Assembly (NCBI GenBank): GCA_035631315.1
Contig: DASQIZ010000115.1
Location: forward strand, 2,846-66,845
Length of the DNA: 64,000 bases
DNA from: Gemmatimonadales bacterium
GTDB lineage: Bacteria > Gemmatimonadota > Gemmatimonadetes > Gemmatimonadales > GWC2-71-9
Direction: 5' to 3'
A program made the position numbers and the translations under genes. A model generated the notes under the pieces. The model did not search any database, was not told where the DNA came from, and worked only from the letters and a program-made list of their open reading frames with translations. Each line of letters begins with the position of its first letter. The first letter of the stretch is position 1. Positions 47,283 to 55,594 of this stretch are shown in pieces.

Positions 47283-50099
47283 CTAGAAGCCGTACTTCAG
47301 CCCCAGGTAGAACGTCTGCCCGTAGTACTCCCGCTGAACGTTGAACTGGTGGTCGGGCGTTCCCTGGAAGAACCCGAACACCGCGTTGTTGATGTTCAAG
47401 ACCTGCAACTGCATCTGCACATTCGGCGCGACCGTGAGGATCGCCGAGGCGTCGATCTGCGAGTGGGCGTAGAAGTAGTTGTCGCCATTCGCCGTCGGGG
47501 TGCCGTCGTTGTACTGGTCGATGTTCGCGCCGTTGTACGTCCAGGCGACGCGGGCCGAGATGAAGCCCTTGTCATAGGTGACCGCCGCGTTGGCAACATC
47601 CGGCGACGTCCGGAGCATCATGGCGGTGCGGCCGGTGGTGGTATCGACCACCACGCTGGAGCTCACGTGGGTCCAGTTGACGTCGAACCCCAATCCGGAG
47701 AGTGCGCCAGGCAAGAACGTCAGGTGCTGGCTCCAGTCGGCCTCGAAGCCCTCAAGGTGCCCGTCGCCACCATTCTGCTTCTCGGTGCCGTAGTAGCCGT
47801 CGAACGCGGCGTAGGGGCCGTTATAGATGAAGCCCTTCGTGCCGATGAAGTCCGTGATCTTCTTGTAGAACACGCCGCCGGAGATGACTCCACCCACCGA
47901 CGGGAGGTACTTCTCCACCAGGAGGTCGAAGTTCCAGGAGTGCTCCGGCTTGAGGTTCGGATTCCCGGCGGTGAGGTTGTTGTACTGATGCTGGTAGATG
48001 GTGTTCAGATTGCCCTGCAGCGAGGGTGCCAGATCCGAGTAATTGGGTCGGGCGATGCCTCGCGTGGCGGCGATCCGGACGTTGGTGTTCTCGTCCACGC
48101 CGTACCGAAACTGCGCACTGGGGAAGACGTCAGTGTAGTCGTGTGTCCCGCTCACGGCACTGACGGTCGTAGGCCCAGTGGGGTTCCCCAGGGTGTCGGT
48201 CGGGGTGTTGGCCACATTACCGGTGTAGGTCGAGTGGGTCATCTCCACCCGCACGCCGAGGTTCAAATGAAACGCGGGGCTCAGGTCGATGTCGTTCATC
48301 ACGTACCCGGCGAGGATGCGCTCCTTGCCGGTAAAGCTGGCCAGCGCATTTCCGATCGAGTCGGTCTTGTTGGTGAACGCCCCGGGGTTTGCGTTCTCGT
48401 ACTGCGTGCTCGTGCCGAAGTCCGGCAGGGGGCCGAGTAGGAAGCCCGGCTGCAAATAGTTATAGAAGTTCGGATCGGCGAATCCGGAGAGCGCCTGGCT
48501 CAGCAAGTAAGAGCCGCTTCCCTTGAAGCTCTCGTTATTCTGGCTGTAGTCCTTCTCCTCGTTCCGAAGCCGGAGCCCGAACTTGATGGCGCCGGGCCGG
48601 CCTCCCATCAAGTAGTTCCGCTGCAGGTTGACCTGCCCACCCAGGTCCTTGCCGGTGGTGAGCCCGTTATCGGAGCTGTAATTGGTCAGTCCGTAATTGG
48701 TGGCAGTGGCGGCGTCGGTGGCGTTCGCGCCGCTCAGGTACTGGTACGCCGGCTTCTCGGGGTTCGAACCGTTGATCGCGAGGATGTAGCTGGGCCCGTA
48801 GTCGAACGTGGTGGACCGGTAATCCACGGTGTTCTGTTCGGTGCCGGCGAGGTTGGCCGCGTAGTCCAGGAACCACTGCCCGTTGTCCTGCTTGCCGCCG
48901 ATGGTCATGCCCCACAGCTGCTCGGTGGGAGTGCGGAGCTGCACCTGCCGCTGCAGATCGACACCGGTCAAATAGTCGCCACCGCTGCCCGTCGAGTCAT
49001 TGCCCGAAACGTCGTAGACGTAGCGATTGCCATGATTCAGGAACTTGCTCCACATCCCCTTCGCGAACAGTTGCGAGTGGCCATTGAACCGGTAGTCCAG
49101 GTCGCCGCCCAGCCCATAGCGGTCGCGGAAGTAGGAGTAGTCGCGCTCGCTCCACTCGACCGGATGCGACACGCCGGCGTTATCCACCGACCAGGACGGC
49201 TCGACGTCATTGATCACCCGGTTGAACCGGTCGATCGAGCCGCCGATCAAGAAGCCGAGTTTCTGGTCCGCGCCGAATCGCCCGCCCCAGGTGAGTCCCC
49301 CCTGGCCCGTGGTATGGTCCAGCAGCGTGATGTGGCCGAACTGGCCGGAGACGTAGCCGCGGGGCGCGCCTTCGGGGACCTTGGTCACCAAGTTCACGGA
49401 GCCGCCGATGGCATCGGCGTCCATATCTGCCGTGAGCGTCTTCGACACTTCGATGGCGGACAGAATCTCGGCCGGTACGTCATCAAGCTTCACGATGCGG
49501 TCGCCCTGCTCAGTCCCCGGCACGTGTGACCCGTCCACAGTCACATTCTGGAGTCTCGGCTCCGTTCCGCGGACCTGAACGAACTTGCCTTCACCCTCGT
49601 CCCGCTCGAGCGAGACGCCCGGAATCCGGCCCGCCGCCTCGGCGGCATTCGCGTTGGGGAGCGCGCGGATCTCGTCACCCGACAGCACGCTGACGATGTT
49701 GTCGGCATCCTTTTGTTTGTCGAGCGCGACGTCCTTCGATTCACCCATGCGGTAGGCGGTCACCATCACCGCGGGAAGGTTCACCGCCGCGGGGCGCAGC
49801 TTCACCATGACGTCGGCGGCACCTCCACCCTGGACGACCACCGTCTGGGTGTCGGGATTGAAGCCGATGATCGTGACCCGGATCCGATACGTGCCGGCGG
49901 GAACGAAGTCGATGCGGAACGCGCCGTCATCGTGCGAGCGCGCGCCGTACGGCGCACCGACCAGTCGCACCGTGGCGCCGTTGACCGGCTTGGCGGCTTC
50001 GTCGGTGACGTGTCCGGTAACGGAACCGGTGCTGGTCTGCGCGCTGACGGCGGCTGGAAGAAAGAACGCAAGGCAGAGCGCGATGGGAACGGCTTGCAT
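47283..50099 (-). CDS. TonB-dependent receptor with N-terminal carboxypeptidase-regulatory-like domain
   Basis: Signal MQAVPIALCLAFFLPAAVSAQ, GSVTGHVTDEAAKPVNGATVRL CarbopepD_reg-like fold, plug domain, C-terminal YLGLKYGF ending in Phe. Confidence 0.9.
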   Translation of the reverse strand: MQAVPIALCLAFFLPAAVSAQTSTGSVTGHVTDEAAKPVNGATVRLVGAPYGARSHDDGAFRIDFVPAGTYRIRVTIIGFNPDTQTVVVQGGGAADVMVKLRPAAVNLPAVMVTAYRMGESKDVALDKQKDADNIVSVLSGDEIRALPNANAAEAAGRIPGVSLERDEGEGKFVQVRGTEPRLQNVTVDGSHVPGTEQGDRIVKLDDVPAEILSAIEVSKTLTADMDADAIGGSVNLVTKVPEGAPRGYVSGQFGHITLLDHTTGQGGLTWGGRFGADQKLGFLIGGSIDRFNRVINDVEPSWSVDNAGVSHPVEWSERDYSYFRDRYGLGGDLDYRFNGHSQLFAKGMWSKFLNHGNRYVYDVSGNDSTGSGGDYLTGVDLQRQVQLRTPTEQLWGMTIGGKQDNGQWFLDYAANLAGTEQNTVDYRSTTFDYGPSYILAINGSNPEKPAYQYLSGANATDAATATNYGLTNYSSDNGLTTGKDLGGQVNLQRNYLMGGRPGAIKFGLRLRNEEKDYSQNNESFKGSGSYLLSQALSGFADPNFYNYLQPGFLLGPLPDFGTSTQYENANPGAFTNKTDSIGNALASFTGKERILAGYVMNDIDLSPAFHLNLGVRVEMTHSTYTGNVANTPTDTLGNPTGPTTVSAVSGTHDYTDVFPSAQFRYGVDENTNVRIAATRGIARPNYSDLAPSLQGNLNTIYQHQYNNLTAGNPNLKPEHSWNFDLLVEKYLPSVGGVISGGVFYKKITDFIGTKGFIYNGPYAAFDGYYGTEKQNGGDGHLEGFEADWSQHLTFLPGALSGLGFDVNWTHVSSSVVVDTTTGRTAMMLRTSPDVANAAVTYDKGFISARVAWTYNGANIDQYNDGTPTANGDNYFYAHSQIDASAILTVAPNVQMQLQVLNINNAVFGFFQGTPDHQFNVQREYYGQTFYLGLKYGF

Positions 50100-50221
50100 G
50101 GGACCCCTCCTCGAGGGTGCTGGGACAACTGCGGGATCAACCGATGTTGCCCCACTCAGGAGGACGTCTCACGATTTTTTCGTAACAGTCAGGCGAATCA
50201 GATTCGTGTAAGATTAGGGGT

Positions 50222-51985
50222 ATGCGTCTCCAATCCTCGACGTTCCTCGCCGCCGTCCTCGCCGTCCTCGCCGTCCCTGCCGTCGGACAAACTCCTGACG
50301 ATGGCCAGTGGACGATGCCCGGCAAGAACTTCGCTGCGACACGCTTCTCCTCGCTGACCTCGATCACGACCGCTAACGCGTCGACGCTGCACCCGCTCTG
50401 GAGCTTCTCGACCGGCGTCCTTGGTGGTCATGAGGGCCAGCCCCTCGTCGTGAACAACACGATGTACGTCGTGACGCCATTCCCCGACGTGCTTTACGCG
50501 TTCGATCTCACCAAGGACGGCTACCCCCTCAAGTGGAAGTACCGCCCCGACGTGAACCCCTCGGCACTCGGCACCGCGTGCTGTGACGCGATCAACCGGG
50601 GCCCGGCCTACGCCGACGGCAAGATCGTGTACAACCTCCTGGACGGTCACACCGTCGCGGTCGACGCGAACACCGGCAAGGAGCTCTGGAAGGTCCAGAT
50701 CGCCGATCTGAGCGAAGGCGAGACGACGCCTATGGCCCCGCTCATCGTGCGAGACCTGGTGTTCGTGGGTCCCTCGGGCGGGGAGTTCGGAATTCACGGC
50801 TGGCTGAAGGCGCTCGATCTGGCCAACGGGAAAGTCGTCTGGACGGCGTACAACGAGGGGTCCGACAAGGACATGCTCGTCGACACGAGCAAGTTCCGCC
50901 CCTTCTATGACCATGGCAAGGACCTGGGGCTCACGTCGTGGACTGGCGACGCCTGGAAGCGGGGTGGAATTCCCGTCTGGGGGTGGCTCTCCTACGATCC
51001 TGACCTCGATCTCCTCTATTACGGCACCGGGAATGCCGGTCCGTACAACCCCGAACAGCGACCCGGGGATAACAAGTGGGCGTCAAGTGTCCTGGCCCGC
51101 CGACCGCGCGATGGCGCCCTCATTTGGGCGTATCAGTTCACGCCGCACGAGAACTGGGACTACGACGCCAACGCCGAGATGATCCTGGCGGATCTGAACA
51201 TCGGCGGGAAGCTGCGGCACGTTCTGGTGCACTTCGACAAGAACGGCTTCGCGTACACCATCGACCGTGAGACCGGTGAGGTCCTCCTCGCCAAGGCGTT
51301 CACTACGGTCACGTGGGCCAAGGGCATCAACCTCAAGACCGGCCGCCCCACCCTCGACTCGGCCAAGCTCACCGGAGCCTCCCGCGGCAACGTGAAGGAC
51401 ATCTGCCCGTCACTCGAAGGTGGGAAGAGCCCCGTGTCTGCGGGGTCGTTCTCACCGCACACCGAGTATTTCTACGTCGCGACGAACAACCTCTGCATGG
51501 ATTACGAGGCGTCGCAGGTTTCGCACATCGCGGGCACGCCCTACATCGGCGCGAACACGCCGTACCACGCGGGGCCCGGTGGGTACATGGGAGCCTTCAT
51601 CGCGTGGGACGCGGTCAAGGGCCAGCCCGCCTGGAGAATCGAAGAGAAGTATCCGGTGTGGAGTGGATCGGTTACGACGGCCGGCGACGTAGTGTTCTAC
51701 GGAACGCTCGACGGCTGGTTCAAGGCCGCGAACGCGTGGACCGGGCAGGTGCTCTGGAAGTTCAAGGTGGGTTCGGGCGTGGTCGGGTGCCCGATCGTGT
51801 ACAAAGGACCCGACGGCAGACAGTACGTTGCGGTGTATGCGGGAATCGGGGGTGACTGGTTCCTCCTGGCCGGGGACGTGCGGTCCGACGATCCCGCGGA
51901 CGTGAGGCCCCCGGCGGATTTCGCCAAGGATCTGGCGCGTCACACCAGCCAAGGTGGAATGGTATGGATTTTCGGATTGCCCTGA
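50222..51985 (+). CDS. xoxF: PQQ-dependent alcohol/methanol dehydrogenase, lanthanide-type (XoxF-like)
   Basis: Vicinal CC (GTACCDAINRG), W-repeat propeller, and TPHENWDYDANAE carrying the D-x-D (DYD) signature of lanthanide-dependent enzymes. Signal peptide present. Confidence 0.8.
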   Translation: MRLQSSTFLAAVLAVLAVPAVGQTPDDGQWTMPGKNFAATRFSSLTSITTANASTLHPLWSFSTGVLGGHEGQPLVVNNTMYVVTPFPDVLYAFDLTKDGYPLKWKYRPDVNPSALGTACCDAINRGPAYADGKIVYNLLDGHTVAVDANTGKELWKVQIADLSEGETTPMAPLIVRDLVFVGPSGGEFGIHGWLKALDLANGKVVWTAYNEGSDKDMLVDTSKFRPFYDHGKDLGLTSWTGDAWKRGGIPVWGWLSYDPDLDLLYYGTGNAGPYNPEQRPGDNKWASSVLARRPRDGALIWAYQFTPHENWDYDANAEMILADLNIGGKLRHVLVHFDKNGFAYTIDRETGEVLLAKAFTTVTWAKGINLKTGRPTLDSAKLTGASRGNVKDICPSLEGGKSPVSAGSFSPHTEYFYVATNNLCMDYEASQVSHIAGTPYIGANTPYHAGPGGYMGAFIAWDAVKGQPAWRIEEKYPVWSGSVTTAGDVVFYGTLDGWFKAANAWTGQVLWKFKVGSGVVGCPIVYKGPDGRQYVAVYAGIGGDWFLLAGDVRSDDPADVRPPADFAKDLARHTSQGGMVWIFGLP

Positions 51986-52422
51986 TCGGCGTGGGTGGAG
52001 TAGCGCTGGCGTGCAAACCGGTGACTCCAACGAGTAACGCCCGCTACGTCCCGCCTGTGATTTCGTATCCGCAGCACGTGAACGCAGCCGGCATCGCTCC
52101 GCCCACCGGCGGGGGCACCCTCACCAACCCCTATCAGCCCGACAGCGCGTCAGTTCGTGAAGGGGGGCAGACGTTCACCGCCATGAATTGCGATGGATGT
52201 CATGGCGGCGGCGCCACGGGTTGGGTGGGGCCGAGTTTGGTGGATGGGCGGTGGCGGTATGGCGGGGAAGATGGTGCGGTGTTCACGTCGATCTTCTACG
52301 GACGACCACGTGGCATGCCGGCCTATGGTGGTACGCTCTCGCCGGCGGCCATCTGGAAGATCGTGACGTATCTGCGTGCCCAACCCGTCCCATCGGACGT
52401 CCCGACCGAGCGCTGGCAATGA
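51964..52422 (+). CDS. c-type cytochrome (XoxG-like position), lipoprotein-like signal
   Basis: CDGCHG haem-binding motif, distal GMPAYG Met, GGVALAC lipobox. Overlaps the 3' end of xoxF by 22 nt. Confidence 0.8.
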   Translation: MDFRIALIGVGGVALACKPVTPTSNARYVPPVISYPQHVNAAGIAPPTGGGTLTNPYQPDSASVREGGQTFTAMNCDGCHGGGATGWVGPSLVDGRWRYGGEDGAVFTSIFYGRPRGMPAYGGTLSPAAIWKIVTYLRAQPVPSDVPTERWQ

Positions 52423-52465
52423 AATGCTAGACGCTAAGTGGCTAAGTCGCTGAGTGGCCAAGTCG
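52421..52465. repeat. GAAATGCTAGACG leader + four tandem 8-mers (CTAAGTGG CTAAGTCG CTGAGTGG CCAAGTCG)
   Basis: Read directly. A near-identical element occurs at 62640..62676. Confidence 0.7.
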
Positions 52466-52663
52466 CAAACGGTGTGTATCCCGAACATCGGACCGCGGGA
52501 GTCCCGCAAACGGCTCCGGGCCGGTCTTGTGTACCTCGGCGTCGCGATCGTCGCGCTGGGTGTCCTGCTGATGACCCACACCCCGCGTGGGTATCGCCTT
52601 CTCCTGGTCCTCCCGTTCTGGGGCGCCGGGGCCGGAGTTTTCCAGTATCTCGAGAAGACGTGA
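52454..52663 (+). CDS. small membrane protein (DUF2892-like N-terminus). The ORF continues in frame past TGA to 52825.
   Basis: CIPNIGPRESRKRLRAGLVYLGVAIVALGVLL followed by a second TM helix. After the TGA at 52661 the same frame stays open for 53 more codons with coding-like third positions and a third hydrophobic helix. Confidence 0.5.
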   Translation: MAKSQTVCIPNIGPRESRKRLRAGLVYLGVAIVALGVLLMTHTPRGYRLLLVLPFWGAGAGVFQYLEKT

Positions 52664-52857
52664 ATTCGTCTCGCGGCGCGCGGTCTGCGCGACATGGATG
52701 GGGTCTCGGAGCGGGTGACGCATGAGGTAGAGCTCAGCCAGATCAAACAGCAGGCGAGCCGGGTATATCTCAAGACGACGGCCTTCGCTGTAGCTCTAAC
52801 AGCTGCAACGACTTACCTATTGTGACACTCTTTATTACCGGGGACGTATTGTAGGTC

Positions 52858-53043
52858 ATGAAACCCCTTCTGCAGCTCGCCGCGGTAGGCGTCGTCGGAG
52901 TCGTGGCCTTCAAGCTCGTCGCGCTCCTGTTCCTGCCACTCCTCGCGATCCTGTTCAAGGTCGTGCTGGTGATGGCACTCGTGTTCTTCCTGTTGAAGCT
53001 TATCAAGAAGAACCGGAAAGACGGCGAAGCGCCCGCGACCTGA
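52858..53043 (+). CDS. small membrane protein (61 aa)
   Basis: Two hydrophobic helices then a basic tail KKNRKDGEAPAT. G/C-rich third positions. Followed by a CCGCGGGTTAACCGCGGGGTTA hairpin-like element. Confidence 0.45.
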   Translation: MKPLLQLAAVGVVGVVAFKLVALLFLPLLAILFKVVLVMALVFFLLKLIKKNRKDGEAPAT

Positions 53044-53094
53044 ACGCCGCGGGTTAACCGCGGGGTTACGAGGTCCGAAAACGGATATCCGGCG

Positions 53095-53616
53095 ATGGCG
53101 CCTGTGGGTAGAATCCGACCCATGGGCGCCGTTCGCTTCACCAGCATTCCAAGCCCCATTGGGGACCTCTTCGTCGCGGCGAGCGAGAAGGGCCTGACGT
53201 GCCTCCTGTTCGATCAGCGGGCCCACGGCCCCGACCGGTCCGGCTGGGAGCCCGACGACGGGTCCAAGATTCTGGCCCAGGCGCGCCGCCAGCTGGACGA
53301 ATACTTCGACCACCGGCGCACCACGTTCGACCTCCCGCTCGACATGCAGGGGACACCCTTCCAGCTCCAGGTCTGGGAGCAGTTGACGAAGATCCCGTAC
53401 GGATCGACCACCTCGTACGGTGAGATCGCGAAGCGGCTCGGGAATCCGACGGGCTCGCGAGCGGTAGGCGCCGCCAATGGGCGGAACCCCGTCGCCCTCG
53501 TGGTCCCCTGTCACCGGGTCATCGGCGCAAACGGTGACCTGACGGGATTCGGTGGGGGGATGGCCCGCAAAGAGTGGCTGCTCAAGCACGAGGGGAGTAT
53601 CTTGACTCTCGTCTAA
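53095..53616 (+). CDS. ogt: methylated-DNA--protein-cysteine methyltransferase
   Basis: Active-site PCHRVIGANG, upstream FQLQVWEQLTKIPYGSTTSYGEIA. The start may be ATG 53122 (MGAVRFTSIPSPIG). Confidence 0.9.
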   Translation: MAPVGRIRPMGAVRFTSIPSPIGDLFVAASEKGLTCLLFDQRAHGPDRSGWEPDDGSKILAQARRQLDEYFDHRRTTFDLPLDMQGTPFQLQVWEQLTKIPYGSTTSYGEIAKRLGNPTGSRAVGAANGRNPVALVVPCHRVIGANGDLTGFGGGMARKEWLLKHEGSILTLV

Positions 53617-53640
53617 AACAGTTGTTTTATACAATTGTTT
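53602..53640 (+). promoter_or_regulatory. AT-rich promoter-like TTGACT-N17-TTTTAT overlapping palindrome AAACAGTTG-N7-CAATTGTTT (probable TetR operator)
   Basis: Read directly, 18-56 nt upstream of the HlyD gene start. The operon ends with a TetR gene. Confidence 0.55.
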
Positions 53641-53657
53641 CAATAACTCGGGACCTC

Positions 53658-54596
53658 ATGAAGCGCGCCATCCGCATCACCCTCGCCGTCCTCGTCTTGG
53701 GCCTGATCGCCTACTTCGTGTTCAAGGGAAGCCCAAAAGAGCTCACTCTCACCGGCATCGTCACCACGAACGACGTGGTGGTGAGCCCGCAGGTCGCCGG
53801 TCAGGTGACGAAGCTCCTGGTCTCCGAAGGCGACTCAGTGAGCCAGAACCAGCTCCTCGCCGTGCTCTCGCCGGCCGAGTTGCAGGCGGACCAGCGGTAC
53901 TACGCGCAGAGCGCGACGGCACTCGCGGCCCAGGCCGCGGCCGGCGCCGCCGACCTCGCCGTCGCCGAAGCCCAGGACTCCTCGGCGGCAGCCGACCTCT
54001 CGAATACGAAGCTGGTCCGCGACCGGGTGATCTCCCTCTTTAAGGAAGGGGGCGTCACCCAGCAGCAGGCCGACTCCGCCAACACCGCGCTGACCATGTC
54101 CCAGGCTCGGAAGGACGCGGCCGACCGGCAGGTGGCCTCGAAGCGGCAGGCACTGGTGGCAGCGCAGGCCCAGCAGGAAGCGGCTCGCGCACAGACTGCC
54201 AAGGCCGATGTGCGGCTCTCCTACTCGGAGCTCCGCGCGCCCCTTGCCGGGATCGTCGACGTCCGCGCCGCGCAGCTCGGCGAAGTGGTGCTGGCCGGCC
54301 AACCAGTCCTGACGCTCATCGACCCCGACTCGCTCTGGGTCCGTGCCGACGTCGAGGAGTCGTACATCGATCGCGTGCGCATCGGGGATTCACTCACGGT
54401 CCGGCTCCCCTCGGACGCCACCCGCACCGGCACCGTGTACTACCGCGGTGTGGACGCCGGCTTCGCCACGCAGCGCGACGTCAGCCGCACCAAGCGGGAC
54501 ATCAAGACCTTCGAGATCAGGCTTCGCGTCCCGAACACCGATCGGCGTCTGGCCGTCGGCATGACCGCTTACGTCCTTCTGCCACTCAGGAAATGA
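53658..54596 (+). CDS. HlyD-family secretion/adaptor protein
   Basis: N-terminal TM (AIRITLAVLVLGLIAYFVF), long Ala/Gln coiled coil, LRAPLAGIVD beta-barrel motif. Confidence 0.8.
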   Translation: MKRAIRITLAVLVLGLIAYFVFKGSPKELTLTGIVTTNDVVVSPQVAGQVTKLLVSEGDSVSQNQLLAVLSPAELQADQRYYAQSATALAAQAAAGAADLAVAEAQDSSAAADLSNTKLVRDRVISLFKEGGVTQQQADSANTALTMSQARKDAADRQVASKRQALVAAQAQQEAARAQTAKADVRLSYSELRAPLAGIVDVRAAQLGEVVLAGQPVLTLIDPDSLWVRADVEESYIDRVRIGDSLTVRLPSDATRTGTVYYRGVDAGFATQRDVSRTKRDIKTFEIRLRVPNTDRRLAVGMTAYVLLPLRK

Positions 54597-55594
54597 GCGC
54601 CCCCAAGCCGGCGATCGAAGTCCGGGAGATCACGAAGAAGTTCGGGGACTTCACCGCGGTGGATCACCTGAGCTTCTCGGTGGAAGAGGGAGAGATCTTC
54701 GGGCTCCTGGGGCCGAATGGCGCCGGGAAGTCCACGCTCATCCGGATGCTCACGACCCTCCTGAGCGTCAGTGAAGGATCGGCGTTGGTGGGCGGTTTCG
54801 ACATCGCGACGCAGCCGAATGACGTCCGCCGGGTGATCGGCGTGATCCCGCAGGCCATGACGACCGACACCGAGCTTTCCGCCGAAGAGAACCTCCTCAT
54901 CTTCGCCAAGCTCTACGGCGTTCCCCGGGAACGCCGGGCCAAGCTGATCGCCGATCTCCTCGCCGCGGTGGAGCTGACGCAGTGGGCCGACAAGCCGGTG
55001 AAGAACTTTTCGGGCGGCATGCGGCGCCGAGTGGAGATCGCCCGCGGGCTCGTGCATGAGCCCCGGATTCTCTTTCTCGACGAGCCCACGACCGGCCTCG
55101 ACCCGGTATCCCGGACGGCGGTCTGGGAAATGCTCCGGAAGATCAAGACCGATCATCACCTCACGGTCCTGCTCACGACGCACTACATGGATGAGGCCGA
55201 TCAGCTCTGCGACCGCATCGCCATCGTCGATCATGGACACCTGATGGCGCTCGATTCGCCGCTCAAGCTCAAGACCGCGATTTCGGGGACCAACACGGTG
55301 GACGCGTCCTTCCTGGGTGCTCCGGCCGATTGGCGCCAGCAGCTCGCGGCGCTTCCGGGAGCCAAGACGGTGTCGGGGGATGGCAACGTGTTCCGGGTCG
55401 TGACCGAAGACGCGCCCGCGACCACCGGAGCGCTGCTCGCGCATGCCGCGACGGCCGGCGTCTCCGTACACTCGCTGTCCATCGAAGGCACCACGCTGGA
55501 CGACGTCTTCGTGCACTTCACAGGCCACGAATTGCGCGATGCCCTTCAGGAACAGTCCCCCGCTGAAAAGCGGCAGTTCATCAGGAACCGTTGA
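54593..55594 (+). CDS. ABC transporter ATP-binding protein (DrrA/ABC-2 type)
   Basis: Walker A GPNGAGKST, signature FSGGMRRRVEIARG, Walker B ILFLDEPTTGLD. Confidence 0.9.
   Translation: MSAPKPAIEVREITKKFGDFTAVDHLSFSVEEGEIFGLLGPNGAGKSTLIRMLTTLLSVSEGSALVGGFDIATQPNDVRRVIGVIPQAMTTDTELSAEENLLIFAKLYGVPRERRAKLIADLLAAVELTQWADKPVKNFSGGMRRRVEIARGLVHEPRILFLDEPTTGLDPVSRTAVWEMLRKIKTDHHLTVLLTTHYMDEADQLCDRIAIVDHGHLMALDSPLKLKTAISGTNTVDASFLGAPADWRQQLAALPGAKTVSGDGNVFRVVTEDAPATTGALLAHAATAGVSVHSLSIEGTTLDDVFVHFTGHELRDALQEQSPAEKRQFIRNR

Noticed and set aside
50240-50285. Tandem GCCGTCCTC repeats
   Set aside because: They simply encode the Ala/Val/Leu core of the XoxF signal peptide (AAVLAVLAVPAV).
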